From Trichosphaerium sp. ATCC 40318 (taxonomy: Eukaryota > Protista > Tubulinea): a stretch of 64,000 nucleotides of DNA. This document shows, in pieces, positions 13,651 to 27,419 of the stretch (the stretch's first letter is position 1; each line of letters starts with the position of its first letter). The notes under the pieces were generated by a model. That model made no database searches, had not been told where the DNA came from, and was given only the letters and a program-made list of their open reading frames with translations. A program made the translations under genes and the position numbers. The stretch spans positions 292,270-356,269 of the forward strand of contig JALMLS010000138.1 in NCBI GenBank assembly GCA_038496445.1. The letters run 5' to 3'.

Positions 13651-14190
13651 GTACTGTTGCAACTATAATGTGCACTTAAAGTAGACAGCCTAGTAAAACA
13701 CTATGTTCCCCGTACAGAGATACAGCATGTTTTAGGTTGTTAAAAGTAACTCTCAAAGGATGCCGAGTACAACACAAAATTTTGAAGCAATACATGACCA
13801 TGAGCTTTGTGTTCTGATTCTGTATATCCGGGTCGTTGAGCCGCTTATTTGCAAACACTACTATCTAAACCAACGTCTTTCACTTCCCGATAAGCAAGCC
13901 CTATTATAACCTATGCTATTGTAGGTGTTCTAAATCTATTTACCGCATTAAAGAACTTAAAGACAGTGGGTATTGATGTTCTATAGTTGGGTTTTTCCAG
14001 CATTGTTGTACGAATTAAATTGTGACTCAGAGAAATCCAGCAATCGCTGCAAATCGAACACTTTGTTGCGTCTTATAAACCACTACGCCAAAAGCGTATT
14101 AACGCACTTCCTGTCGGAGTGAGGTGGAACCTTATACGACAATTTAAGACATAAGAAATGTATTGTCAAGGTACATTATTACTTCGGTTA

Positions 14191-14391
14191 TTAACCAACG
14201 GTTGGTGTATTAACTACCTTACCAGCAGCGTTTACATTACTCCTAACGCGGGATGTACTAATATCGGCTGTTATAGGCGTATCCGGTGGAACAATCTCAA
14301 CAACAGTTATGTCTGGTCTGTCTTTAGCAATAGCTTCTTTTGCTTCAACGCCATCCAACTAGCTCTCTGGCCACTTGCTCTTATTGCTCAT
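14191..14391 (-). pseudogene. Potato inhibitor I (I13) family serine protease inhibitor with an in-frame TAG at codon 11
   Basis: MSNKSKWPES*LDGVEAKEAIAKDRPDITVVEIVPPDTPITADISTSRVRSNVNAAGKVVNTPTVG* follows the family pattern WPELVG..A..I..D.P...T.D...RVR..V....V...P.VG. Confidence 0.8.
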
Positions 14392-14855
14392 TCGATCTAT
14401 TATGAGTAAGTTGTGGTACTAATCTTTGCTAATGTACTGTACTATTGGGTATCGCAGTTTTTTGACTAGTTCTTTTTGACCAAAGTGATCGCTTTGTTTT
14501 CGAAAACAATCACATGCACTTAAGTTTTTTAGTCGCGTGACATTGTGCTGTTCACCAGGAAGACTAAGAAAAAACAGTACTACTCTTATGTAATAACGTT
14601 TCTTCACAGAATTCTTCTTACCTTGAACACGTCGCAGCATTCTGACTTCTATGCAGTTGTTTAATAGATTCTTTGCGGTGATATCCTCAGGTTAGGAACC
14701 ATCAACAGCGCAATGAGAAATAGTTTTAATGAGACTACTTTTGGCCTTCAAGCACATGAACAAAGGTAAAGAACTGACAAAATTAGCCTCTTCTGGCTTT
14801 CATTTATTTTAAAATCATAATATACAAATGGTAAAAAAACAACGTCAGACTGATC

Positions 14856-16253
14856 TTAACACGTGATCAAATCGAAGCTTGTTGTTGAGCCTTTTTTCGT
14901 TTTCTGCTGATACGCCGTGTCGCCTTGTTTGACTAATCCCATTCCCGTTGGTAGTGATTTTGAGTTCTTTGATGAATCAATTGTTTTAGGTTTTCTAATA
15001 AGAAGCCTTGTGAACCCTGTTGATGACTTTGACTTTTTACTATTCAATCTCTTTGATGGATCTACCCATTTAAGGTTTAAACAAGTCTTAGCTGATAGCC
15101 TCTTATTAACGTTAGGGTTTAGAAGGTATTTCATAAACGTCACAGCTTCATAAGGTAACTTTGAGTGTCTGCGCAGTATTTTGTCCCAGTTGTGTCCTCC
15201 TGCTGAAACAAGAGCAGTAAGGCGATTTATAAAGTCTTTTGTGTCGTTTTTCTCAACGCGTAGTGGGTACGATCTCGTTAAGAGAACGAAGCAGGTGATT
15301 CCAGTTGACCAAATATCGAATAGTTCGTTCCATTTTCTTTTGATGAAAGCTTCAGGTGGCATATACTCTGGTGTACCACTTAGTTTGATAGAACCGGAAG
15401 CAGTCTCTTCTATTCTTGAAGTGTAGCCGAAATCGGCGATTTTGATTTTCTTATCGTATCCAATGAGTAGGTTATCTAGCTTGATATCTAAAAGCAAGAG
15501 TAAGAACGCAAGTAGACAATAGAACAAAAAAAAAAATTCTAAATCCGCCGGAGTATTCCGTCGGAGGAGACGAAAAACAAACTCGCGAAACTTTGAAGTA
15601 ATCAAAAAAACGTACCTCCGTGTACATATCCTAGGCCGTGTATATGAGTGAGCCCTTTAAGTGTTTGTCGTATTATAGACTTAGCCATTTTCTTATCAAT
15701 AACATACATATGAGAATCTACCATTACATTTAAACTACCCATTGCAGCCTCGAAAGCGAGTACAGGAATACCTGATTATACAACAGTAAGTAACATGCGA
15801 AAAATAAATAATGTGCACGAGAAAAAAAAAAGCACGTAAAGAGATCTTTTTATCTCCGTATACGCCACCATGGCTCTCGTAAAGCTCAAGCGAACCATAA
15901 AGAAATTTTGTAGAGTGTAATTTGTAAATTGTTGGTCCAAAAAGCCGTTAACAAGAACGGAACGTACCTTTGAAATAATGGACGTCATACAGTGTTATAA
16001 CATTTTCATGAGTTGGTTGATTAGCTAAATACTCGATCTCTTGTTTGATAACATCGCGCTTTTCATCACTTGAGTCTATTATCGTTTGCTTTACACATTT
16101 GAGAGCTACACGTCTGCGTGGTTTAGAGCGTTCTTTTGCTTTGTAAACCCGAGCTGTATGTCCTTCCCCCAATGGACGTAAAACCTTGTATTTACTCTTC
16201 ACAGCAGTCTTATTAAGAGGCCAAGGAGCTTTATACCCGAATATGTTATACAT
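14856..16253 (-). CDS. Ser/Thr protein kinase (CAMK-like, non-RD), 3 exons
   Basis: GEGHTARVYK, VALK, YVHG/DIKLDN across an intron, IADFG, GTPEYMPPE, DIWSTG. Confidence 0.9.
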
Positions 16254-17303
16254 GAGCTTCGGGTTTGAGAGGAGTAGTTAGAATTAGATCAATGGGTTCC
16301 TTTTTCGATGAAAAGGAGTGAAGGTTGCTTGACAAGTTGCTTGGTTGGCAGAACCTTTATATAATTGGTTTAATTCACAAAATGATTTGGTGTTCTGCCG
16401 CTAGAAGGGAGTAGTGATGCGCTAGCAGTGTACACTGTTAGGGACAAAAAAGGGAGTTAATAAACTGATTGATCAGAGAGGAAAGCATGAGTAAAGGGGA
16501 CCGTTAATTCGGTTTGTCGTAAGGAGTTTTTCGGAACTCTTCAGAAATAAAAAAAAACGTGCGCAAGAATGCTCGTAAAAAAGTAATCATTTTCTCCAAA
16601 ACGGATAAAAGTACTCGTCTATGCTATGAAAGTACCGTGGTATATTTTCCGGTGTTAAAAAGGACGACAAGTTGTGTGGTTTGTGTTTTAAAACTGCACT
16701 TGTAATTTTTAAAGTATGATAGTCTGTAAATACTAGATAACGTACCATGGCATTATTACAGTGCGCTTCACGCATAAAAGAAAACTATTCGTCGTTTTTT
16801 TAAGCTTAATAGCTTAATATTAGTATAACATCATGATTACCTCGGGCGCGATACTGTTGTATAATAATATGAAAGGACACAGAAAAAAAAAAAACAATAA
16901 GTCGTAACACTCGAGTTCCAAAAACGTGACGTAAATGACGTTTTTGAGTATTTCCTGAAATTCGATGTAACATCAACGCTCGTACATATGACAACATAAA
17001 CTTTGTTGAGGTTTGGTAATTTTGAAAAGTCACGTGTTTTTTTCTGAAATTGTTTCATAATGGGAACACGCCGAGTTTTTGTCATGTTCGAAGGTCAAAA
17101 ATACCACTAGTCCCACATCATTACCGTGATTTTGTTCCTGACTAGGTATTCTACTTTGTGAACCGCGAAGGAATTTTTGTTGGTAAGTTGTCACAAGCTG
17201 TTCAATTGAACTAGTTTTTTATTTCAGCTTGTTTTTATTTTTTACCGTGTTCACACGCAATAGAGTACTTGGAGTACCTTTATAATAGTTAGTATACACG
17301 TTT

Positions 17304-18710
17304 TCAAAAATAAGTTCCAGCGTACCCCAAGCATAACTCTGGATACTCAAGTGGTGGATAGCCAATGTTTTCAGTCAAAACAGTTAAATCCAACCTTTAA
17401 AAAAAAAAGTAAGACTCTTTATCTAGATGTGTACTCTAGTGGGTACCTGTAAGGTGAACCAAGCCACATACTGCGTGCAGTGTGATCTTCGATTTCGTGT
17501 TTGGAAAGAGGATGGTGAAGGATAGTAAGTTCACCACGGTTGATCTGAAAAAAACGGTTAAATTGAAACAACATGATTGCTAAACAAATTCGCCCAAAAA
17601 ACTACCAAAGTATTTGTAGCATTGTCCGCAGACCTTTAGCCTCTTCAATTCATAGGAGGCTTCTGAGTCACGGCAATGACATACAGATAAAAGATATTGA
17701 TGACAAATGCAATACAAAACAATAGTTGAAACTACCAAAAAAAATGTCCTAAAATAACATCGTACCATTAAAAATGATAGTACTTCAGAAAGGTGCTCTT
17801 TAGGAACCCAAACTTCAAAAGATCCGCAAGGATGAGGTCCACGTGGTCCATTATTAACCGATGGTATATTGCTGACATTTACCTTAGCTATAAAAAAAAA
17901 TCAACAAATCTGTCAAAAAACACAAAATTGACACTGTTTGAAGAAACCCTACGGGTTGTTTGTAAAATTTTTGTTTGAAAAAAACTTCGCATATTTCCGC
18001 TTTGCACAATGTAAGAGTTCTGCCATTGTAGTATTAAAGTCAAGAAAAAGAATTGGTTCAAAAAGTCGTTAAATTTTTTTAAAACGATCCGGATTACGCA
18101 TAACTACACTATTCATGTAGTTTGGATATTGGCGCATGCGATAGATACTTTTCTTTAAATTTCAATTGTTTGCAAGAACGAAAAATGAAGGAAAAGCGAG
18201 AAAAAAATAAAACAAAGAGACAACAACGAAACACGTACGAACAATGTCATTTGTGATGCCATCAAAGATTGCAACGAATTGACCTTCTTGTACTGCATTC
18301 AATAGCTTTTTTCTTAGAGCTGTAGCTGCATTTGCGCTGCGTTGGTTCTGTTGGAACCAGTAGACGTGGAAATGGAACTCTATTGTTCGTCATTTTCTTT
18401 AATCGTTATGCAGCCGCTTGTTGAGGTATAACAGCGACTGAAAGGTTTGGAAAGAAAGATAGCGTACCCATAATTTCGTTATCGTGGAAAGTGATGCTAT
18501 CGGCGTCTATTGGTTCTGTAGTATAATTTAGAGCGAAAACACTTTGTTTTACGCACTTTGGAAAGAATGAGAAGTCCAGTAGTCCTGACCATTACCATAT
18601 ACAACAGCGAAGGTACAGACTGCATTGTCGGTTAATTTTCAAGTTTAAGAGGTTTTCAAAGTAAAAAGAGTTGTACCGAGTGCCAAACAGTACGTGAGAG
18701 CGGTGGCCAT
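17304..18710 (-). CDS. DOPA 4,5-dioxygenase (DodA-type) family protein with N-terminal signal peptide, 7 exons
   Basis: Spliced: MATALTYCLALVCTFAVVYG..IMEFHFHVYW..GPRGPHPCGSFEVWVP..FLMINRGELTILHHPLSKHEIEDHTARSMWLGSPYRLDLTVL; all junctions GT-AG and in phase. Confidence 0.85.
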
Positions 18711-19029
18711 GCTGTAATGTGTTTTTCAGTGTAAGCTACTAGGTACAAACTTAACATGGAATTCGTCACGAAAAAGGTCCATTTGGTTACACTAATAATA
18801 GGGTCATGCGTGCTAAATACTGCTCTGATACTTACAGCGATTGTAGACAAATTACGAATCAAAGAATCTTTACTTTTTTTTACAAGAGCAACCACCGAGA
18901 ATCTTTAAGAGCGAATGATGCCACAACAATAAGAAAAAGGTGTCAAGGTATCATGCAATAATCAAATTCGATTAACTTGTTGTTACATCAGTACTGCCAG
19001 TTACTGCTTCAGCCTTGGTGAAGGTAACA

Positions 19030-19356
19030 TCAAAAGTATTTTAATCTACGTATTCTTGCTGGTACATGCCCAGGTATTACCCAGCCTCGGTCTTCTTTTT
19101 GAAAAAGAAGCCTCCTTTCGGCAATTGAAGACAGTTTATCGCGTAACATGCGCTTATAGTTGAGTTTGTCTGAATCTTCTGTGTAGTGCTCCTTTCTGTA
19201 TCTGTCGGTATATATTATGCGCCAGAGGGTGTTATCTTGCAGTTCAGATGATAATTGTTTGTTTGTACACGAGAGAGATCCTACAGAAGTCCAACACTTC
19301 TCATTATATAGAATAATCTTTTGTATTAACTCCAACGGAAGAATGGCCAGCGACAT
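19030..19356 (-). CDS. Short F-box protein (3' end uncertain, possibly truncated)
   Basis: MSLAILPLELIQKIILY..SLSCTNKQL..DNTLWRIIY F-box pattern. Confidence 0.6.
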   Translation of the reverse strand: MSLAILPLELIQKIILYNEKCWTSVGSLSCTNKQLSSELQDNTLWRIIYTDRYRKEHYTEDSDKLNYKRMLRDKLSSIAERRLLFQKEDRGWVIPGHVPARIRRLKYF

Positions 19357-20540
19357 GATACACAAACGGTGTATGTAATAAAAAAAAATAGCGTCACAGT
19401 TTGTCAAAAAAAGCTAAAAATACTACTTACATAGAAAATGAGTTTGGGTCAAAACAATTGTGTACATATTTTTACAGCTACGAGAAATAAGGCCATTCAA
19501 TATAGAGCTAAGACACTGTCCAAAACTGTCGTTCTCTTAGTACTACAAAGCACGTGCATTTTCGCAACTAGTACATTTATGGGTAGCAGGGTTACACATG
19601 CTCATTAATCACCTCAGGCTGTTATTATGGCGATAGCACTGTTGTTTTCAGCACAAATATTGTGCAAGCAGATATTTCTAATTTTCGTACCTGGCTTACC
19701 TAGCTTCAAGCCCTCCTTTAGATAGCAATCAAAGTGTTGCCTCAGTTAGACCTTAGAAGTAATGTAGCCGTATAACTTCAGTCCATTCACATGAAACAGA
19801 ATTCAAAAGCCTCGTTACCAGTAAATGGCGAAACTGTTTGCATTCGAATAGATAGCAAAAGAATACATAGATTCAGAAAATGCTACTTTTTTTGTGTAAT
19901 GTATGAAAATTTTGAAAAACAAACAAACAAAAACTTTCCCCAATCCCAAAAAGGAAAATGATCTTAATTAAAGATGTCAACGCTACAGTCTTTATCTATG
20001 CCTATTCCTGCTGAGCTTTCGATTTGTACAAAAGTAAAAATGCCAACGCCTTTTTTTTTTTTTAACTTATCTACGCCAACCTAAAAACAATACGTATTTG
20101 TACATTTCACAATACCCTGGGACGGTGGAAAAACGTTTTTTAAATAAACAACAAGTTCGTTTCGAGTTGTATTCAGAAAAGGGTTGAGACACTTCAAAAT
20201 AGTGCTGAAAGTGAGCGATTCGACTAGGTTCGCTGTGACTTGTGATACAAATAAACGCGAAACATAACCTTTTACTATTTCTGGCGGTCGATTAGAACGT
20301 GATGGTGTAACAACTACTTTGGCTATACTACGTATAGAGAAAGCGAGAAAAACGAAAAAGTTGCCGAATAAATCTTTAATTACAGATTTTGATTAAAAAC
20401 TGTCTGATTTGTGTCTCGCTGTTTTCGCTGTATAACCCTACGCGAAGAGAATACGCTAAAGTGTTTAAAAAACCCGTTTTGGACCGTCGAACAAAATCCC
20501 AAAAAGGCAACCTGAACAACCATTATTTCTCGTTACAACA

Positions 20541-21456
20541 ATGGCCGCAACAGCTAATACTCCTATTGAAGTAGCTCGTAATCTCTATACTTCTATTCAT
20601 ACAAGCGCAACAGTTGGCGTGTCATCTTCATCAAAAAAGCGCCGAAGACAAAACACTGACGTAAGTACCTACCTCTACTCTATTATCACGTGTATTTACG
20701 CTGTCGTAGAAATTCGAGCGTTTCGCTACATCTTGTCCTGTTGTAGAGGCTTCCTTTGCTAAGGAGGCAACACTTTGTGTACAAGAAGGGATTCTTCAAC
20801 AAGAAGAGCTTTTTCGAAACGCTGACGACTTTGTTGATCAATACTGTGCCTTTTTAAAGTTCTCTTATACTCATGACTATCGTTCTGGTAACCCAGATAT
20901 CCATTGGAGTGGCTACGATGTAGTAGAACCGGTTCAAAAGAAGAGAAGGATATCTCTTTTGCCTTCGAATCAGAAAAGAAAAAGAGTAAATTTCTCCCGA
21001 TCTGTACGCAGCACCCTGGTAATAGTACGTCTCTCTAATACCCTAAAATATAACCACAACTAACTAATAACCTTAGTGGATGGAAAACCACATCGATCAC
21101 CCGTACCCTAACGAAGAAGAGAAAGCATCTCTTTGCGAAAAGGTACACCTTTTTTTTTTGTAAAATTTATTTTCTTGCGAAAGTGCGCTTTCGGGTATTT
21201 TCTAACATCGTTCTAGACGGGCATGTCTCACGCTCAAATAAATAACTGGTTCATCAACGCTCGCCGTAGAATGCTACCGAAACTAAAAGCAGTACGTAGT
21301 AACCCACGACGAGACAACCAACTAAAACTTACTTTCAGAGAACTTCTCGTACCTCAAGAACAATCGTTATCAACTAGAACTAAGACGTTGAACCCTAAAA
21401 CCGAAGATTCGGTATTACCTCCCTTGCAAATGTACAATAGCCAACCCAAAACATGA
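20541..21456 (+). CDS. TALE-class homeodomain transcription factor
   Basis: KRKRVNFSRSVRSTLVI/WMENHIDHPYPNEEEKASLCEK/TGMSHAQINNWFINARRR (PYP loop, WFINARRR). Confidence 0.92.
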
Positions 21457-21626
21457 GAATAGTATCAAAAGCAACCAAAAAACAGTAAAATAGAAAAATT
21501 GTAAAATTAAACGTAATTGTAAACGAACACGCTCTTGTTTCCATTTCAATCTGCCTTAACTTAGCATATCATTAAGGAAGGGCAATTCCAGAATTCATTT
21601 ATTTGCTTTAAATCAAGTTCATCGCA

Positions 21627-22774
21627 ATGTCTATACCACCTCAGTATCAAGTTCAACCTCAACCATACAATGCTGGCTATCCGCAGCAAGTACAATACCA
21701 ACAAGCTCCACCACAACCTTATCCCTCTGCACAACCCCCAGTGTATCAACAGACGCCAGTGCAGGTCGTTTACCAACCTGTACGTTGATTTTCATTATTC
21801 GTTGTACTTATTCACTATAGACCGCTCCACCCGCCCAAACACAACCTCCAGTACGCCAAAACCGCAGTTAAACTTCGATCTGTTTTTTCAGTTTTGCATC
21901 ATGCATACAAATCAATTAACAAGCTCAATTACAACAAAACATAGTAATAAGCTATTTGAGAGCAAAAGAAAAATCATGTGAAGTGGCACCTATTTTCTCC
22001 CTTCATGCTTTTTTTTTTTCACGAAAACTCACTGTTTTTTGCTCGTAACGCTATGTATTTTCTTTACAATCTATCACGTGCTAACCTTTTCATCAACAGC
22101 CGAGCAAACTATACTATGATGCTGTAAGTGTACACGAGATCTTACCTACCCTTAAAGCAATGAAAAACTCTATACAAGTTGGTCATGTTCAGTATGTTCC
22201 TTTGGGGTATTGGCAATTTCATCAGTTTAAATACACACCTGGCATGTCTTTTGTCAAAGCAAAGTATAAAGAGAGTTTTATGCATCTATTACTAGTACAA
22301 CAACCAAATGGAAGACCAGAAACGTGCTTTCTAGTCATCTATAGTGGACAACGAGGTAACAATTTTCGACGGCTTTTTGTTTGAAAATCAACTAACGTTA
22401 GTCTCTTAAGGTCCTTTTGGTGATCCCTCACATTGTATATCACTTGTCCTTGATGGTGACATAAGATACGTAATGGGTCAAAAAAAAGCTACAGGTCCAA
22501 CACAACGTGATATGGTACGAAGAAAACCCAATATATTTTTATTAATTTTATCGAAATGTCAAATCCAACTCTTCTTCTCTAGATCCGCTTATTCCCACGT
22601 GATCAATCTGATGGAAAGAAGAATGTTCTTTGTTTTTCTGTAGGAAAGAAGAATATAAGTAACTTTGGCAAACTATTGAAGCGTTACGTTAAACTCGCTG
22701 GATCAGAAAAGTTCAGATTTACTGGAGCAACACTGCAGAAATTCGATGATCCTGATCTTATACCTTCACAATAA
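21627..22774 (+). CDS. Protein with P/Q/Y-rich N-terminus and a globular (possibly PH-like) C-terminal domain
   Basis: MSIPPQYQVQPQPYNAGYPQQ..; exons include ORF 22160-22384, GPFGDPSHCISLVLDG.. and IRLFPRDQSDGKKNVLCFSV..DLIPSQ*. Confidence 0.7.
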
Positions 22775-23607
22775 TTATCAAATGGGTACCTACGTTTACA
22801 TAAAAATAAGGTTGTGTTTGCTTAATAAATTCTATTGTACATACATACTGTGACAAGCGTACAATTCTCGTATTGATCGTATTATTTTGACTTTTTTCTG
22901 GTTTATGAAATACACTCAATTAGTTGAATTACAGAAATAGGCATGCTCAACAACAAACTTGCCATTCGCAAATCAGGCTTGAAAAGACCGCTGTCTTTTA
23001 TTGACACATCTCTTCATCATAAAGGTACCTCGGTATGTGTTGACGTTTGTGGACTACGTGTAATGTGTTGCACTTTACTGTACAAGGTTTTGGAAAAACA
23101 AAATGAAACCTTAGTTCATCAAGTATCAGATACATCTGCAGCTGTGTTATCTATTGGAAAAGGTGGTGTGTTTATCAGAAAGTTTATTGTAATACTTACA
23201 GGGTTTTTAAGTGTTGATGGCTTCGGCAGGAGCAGTGTTGGCAATAAAATTTTACACTATTGGTTTATCATTTGGACGTCGTTTACAACGTATTATTGAA
23301 AGCAGACTATGCCCTACTGTGCCCCTGAGTAATATATTCGCTTTTAATTGAGACCTTTTGCTATTAATCTCAAGGCAAGGTGAAATGAAGTCCACTTTCG
23401 ATTAACAATGCTTTCAAGGTTTTGTGAAGGTGATAAACTACTTGCTGCTCCAACTTCATGTACCATAAGTTAAGCCTATAAACCCACTGTATTGTAGCTG
23501 TATTGACACTCACTTCTTAATAAATAAGAGTTCATTTTCCTCTTTACACAGTACAAATCTTATAGTGTGTTGAACGACAACATTGTAAAAACAGTCCATG
23601 GAGCGAA

Positions 23608-24490
23608 CTACATTTTTTTATGGTAAGTAACAACAGGTCCTGGTGAGCTTGTTACATCAATCTTTCCGTTATCAAATGTTGTAGTGTCAATGTAAACACT
23701 TTGCAATTGAATATGAGTATCATTGATTGATGAGTAAATGCTGGTAGATGCCACGTAAAATGTTCCATCATACGCATCGCCCCATGTTGACCTCTAGAAA
23801 TACAAACAAACTTAGTATGCTCTAGTCACTTTGAGTTATCTTTAATATACCGTTATTGTTGAGATTGTATGGCGTAGGGCTGTTCCCTTGACATTCCAAG
23901 ACCATGATTCGTATGTATTGATCAAATCAACTCCGGTGTGGTTATAAAAAGAGTCTGTAATCCAAGGGTTACCAGTTAACATCTTCTCCGTTTCGTTGAC
24001 AATCACTGTAAAGTTTTCATAGTATGTATTCTGTGGGGTTGATGAACACGTGGAGCATAACGTTGGAAAACCTCCTTGTGCACACACTGAAGTACCATTA
24101 CAGTCAGCATCAGTTTGACACTCAACTCGAGGTTCAATTGGTGTGCAAGGGTATAGAATGTTCTTGATTATGTACTTTGAACATGATTCTTGTATGTAGT
24201 ACTGAGCACGTAACGTTGCTGCGTACCTAAATAAACCGAATTAATATTCCACAGACAAACTATGTGACCAAAAGGGCCGCAAAAGGAAAAGAAGTGGCAA
24301 AATAAAGTGAGGTCTATTTGACTCATCTTTCCTTGAAAAATACGCTCAAAACAGTACGATTATGTCAGCTCATAGGTTTCCGAACGTACCAGTCTGTTCC
24401 TCTATAAAACGACAAGTTTTCGCAACTACCGTCTGTATTAGCGCAACAATAAACAAGAGCTATGCACAACGATATCAGTAGTTTAGTCAT
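23608..24490 (-). CDS. Secreted Cys-containing glycoprotein, 3 exons
   Basis: Signal MTKLLISLCIALVYCCA; ECQTDADCNGTSVC motif; several N-x-S/T sites; in-phase GT-AG junctions. Confidence 0.7.
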
Positions 24491-25168
24491 TACTTAGCGA
24501 TGCTTTTTTTTCTAGTCTGAACAAAGAAATAAGAAGTTTATGACCTTTGAAACACGTGCTCGTGGGGAGTCTTGTTAGAATCTGAGGGTATTGAGTTTAG
24601 TGCCAAGTCACGAGCCGAAAACTCGCTTACTTTCCCAAAACTTGGCGAAGTTCCTAGTAAATATCAATTGAGAAACGATAGAACTAAAACTTCCTCGAAT
24701 TGGTATACACAGTTGCTTGTTACCTGACTAAAACGGTACTACGGTCACTATAGAGTATGTGTAGGGAAGTGGTCGTGACTGTCTTTTGGCGTAGCTGTAA
24801 GCTAAGCTATATCTTTAACATGTCGACTTTCATATGCCATTTTATTAGAGCTAAGAACTTACCCACAGATAACTACAAAGAACTATGAATTTTCTTTGCA
24901 GCGATTTGGCCGTCAGCATCGTCCTGAAAAACAGCCAATAACGTACCATTTCTTAGCAACAAAAGGTTTAAGTGATTTTTGGCGCGTAGAAAACTCATAA
25001 TTTTATGCTCTTGTCCCAAAACTGTGTGAGATGTTTTAATGAAAGTCTACATAACTTCTTTGTGCAGATTAGGGAGAATGATTATAAGCAAGGATATGGA
25101 GCCTTTTGGTGTTTTCAGTTAGAATTCTAATGTAGTTTATTTCGTTTGTTTTCAGGAATTTAAGAAGC

Positions 25169-25387
25169 TTATTTTGTATCCTTTTTCTTCTTACATTTGT
25201 AAGCACATCCTTCAGATGATTTTCCTCTTTCACAACAATCATAAACATAAATTACCTCCACAAACCTATCAAAGCGACCTCCAAATACTTCTGAAGCAGG
25301 AATGAGTTTCTCTGGATGATAACGGTGTGGATTCTTTACATTTATCTTAGTATCATAAAATACGCCACAGTTTGAACACTGACTCAT
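25169..25387 (-). CDS. Small putative zinc-binding protein (CxxC..YHP..CC..GC)
   Basis: ORF MSQCSNC..RYHPE..YDCCERGKSSEGC resembles CHORD/Btk-like Cys/His spacing. Confidence 0.55.
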   Translation of the reverse strand: MSQCSNCGVFYDTKINVKNPHRYHPEKLIPASEVFGGRFDRFVEVIYVYDCCERGKSSEGCAYKCKKKKDTK

Positions 25388-26077
25388 GTTGTAATAATGA
25401 TCTACAGAAAAAAAATAGGGTAAATTGTTCTTTGAAAATTCTTGTGGACCTCAAAATACTCCTGTACAGCCATGCTGTACCCAAGAGAAAGTAGGTTCTG
25501 TAAACCAAACATAAAGTACATCTCTAAAAGCTGCGAATATCCATAAGTTAAGGCACTTAATTAAATTTGTTGCTAAGCGAATTACCTTGTGCTTTTGGTA
25601 GCTACGTACCAGCAAGCTTGCTACATCATTCCATTGTCGTGGGTGATAGTGCATATGTAATCGTTTTGGATTGTAGTTATGGAAAGATATACAAATGCTA
25701 GATGCACTGTATTCTTTGTGCCTTGTTGAACACTCTTAGAACGTCCCATGTACTTGACTCATCCTTAACATTATTTTTGAGAGTGTCTGGTATAGAGCTG
25801 TTGCTTTGGTATTCATGAACATGATTATATAAGTATTTGTTAACAAGTTACCACTTTACATTTTTTTTGTTTAGCTACAAGATTTATTTACATATTGTAT
25901 CACATATCTATCTCGTAAAACGCCGACTCCGTACTATCTCCGGTGCGTATAATTACACAAAAAATATACAGTTGACCTCTCCTCCTAAATAGCCTTAACA
26001 TAAAATTACAGAAAAGTTGCTGTGCGAAGACCGAAAATCTTCAACGGAAGTCAATCTGACTATCAAATTCGACAACA

Positions 26078-27419
26078 ATGGTAGAAGAAACAGCACATAC
26101 GTTCTCAATACAAGGATACGATATCACCATAACCATACGAGAAGGTGTCAAGGTCCTTGCTTCACTGTACGCAACAAAAAGCCTCGAATTGTACAAAAAT
26201 GCGTCTAAATAACTCAAATAGCGAAGATGTTGCGTATGTAGAGACATTCAAGGTAGAGGAACTGAAAGAAATAAGTGGAGGGATAATAACTGTCGAAAAA
26301 GCTTTGATTGAGCTATTCGAGCAAGCATCTCTCACAAACAAAGCAACTACCATTCAGTTCCTTGTGGTATGTTTTATTAAGTTCCTCCAATCTGGTATTT
26401 TCGAGTTTTCTCTTTTTGTAACCCAAGCACTATCCTGTATATATATATAAGAGTACAGTTTACAGCTACGCCAAAAGGAGGTCAAACCACTTCTTTAATA
26501 TATTCACGTGATAAACAAAAAACGCACATGATCAAAATTTTAGACTTATGTGTTCTTCAGAATAGTACAAAAAAAGACTGTCTTGTAACTAAAACTGTCA
26601 CTGATTTTGGTAGTGCTATTCTAAACAATCAATAGGATGACCCCAACAAAACTCTGGTAGTTAAGGTTAAAATAATACTGTTCGGTGTGGAGAGAACATT
26701 TGACCTAAAGCTTCAGAAAAAAATGACGCCACTTGAAGAAAGTGAGGAGAAAAACAGAATGCTGACATCCCGTGTAGAAGAACAGTCTACGGAAATCAAA
26801 GAATTAAAAGCTTGTATAGTTAAACAACAAGAAGAGATCAAACAGTTAAATGCACGTCTGGCTAGCTTAGTTGGGCATGAAAGTGCAGAAGAGTACGTTT
26901 GATTTTTTGTAAAGTCTTATATTTGTCATGCAACTTCTCAGTTCGAACTGTAGGTTTGACCCTCTCTGGGGTTCAAAGTTTTATACTATACAACCCAAGC
27001 TTGCAACATTTTCTTCCGCATCAACCACACCTGGATACTCAGACTATAAACTATTCCCGGCAGTTAGAATTAACAAGAGATTCACTCAAGAATTTTCAGT
27101 TACCTTCACAATGCCTCAATACGGTTGGTATGGTCTTGGCTCAGATTCTCTTATTCCAGATGGATTCCCAGGATACTTAGAGCATGGGTGGATGCTACGC
27201 AATACTGGAGGGGCATACCATGCGCAACAATCAGTCTCGGTATCAGCGACAGCAATCAATTGCCAAGGACAGAAAACAACATTTCGGTTTAATCCAGCAA
27301 CACGTTCTGGATCTGTAACTGTTCAAGGTGGAGTCCCAATCCCTTTCAAGTGGGATAATACACCAAGCGCAGTGTACTTTGTATTCTCAATCAGATCTGG
27401 TTGTATACAGCTACACTAG
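26078..27419 (+). CDS. Coiled-coil + SPRY/B30.2-like domain protein, 3 introns
   Basis: MVEETAHTF..SL/EDVAYVETF..; heptad coiled coil 26687-26890; C-terminal beta-rich domain with WYGLG..FPGYLEHGWML..YFVFS. Confidence 0.65.

Noticed and set aside
22943-23299. 118-aa ORF
   Set aside because: No recognisable motif or splice support; may be a decayed fragment
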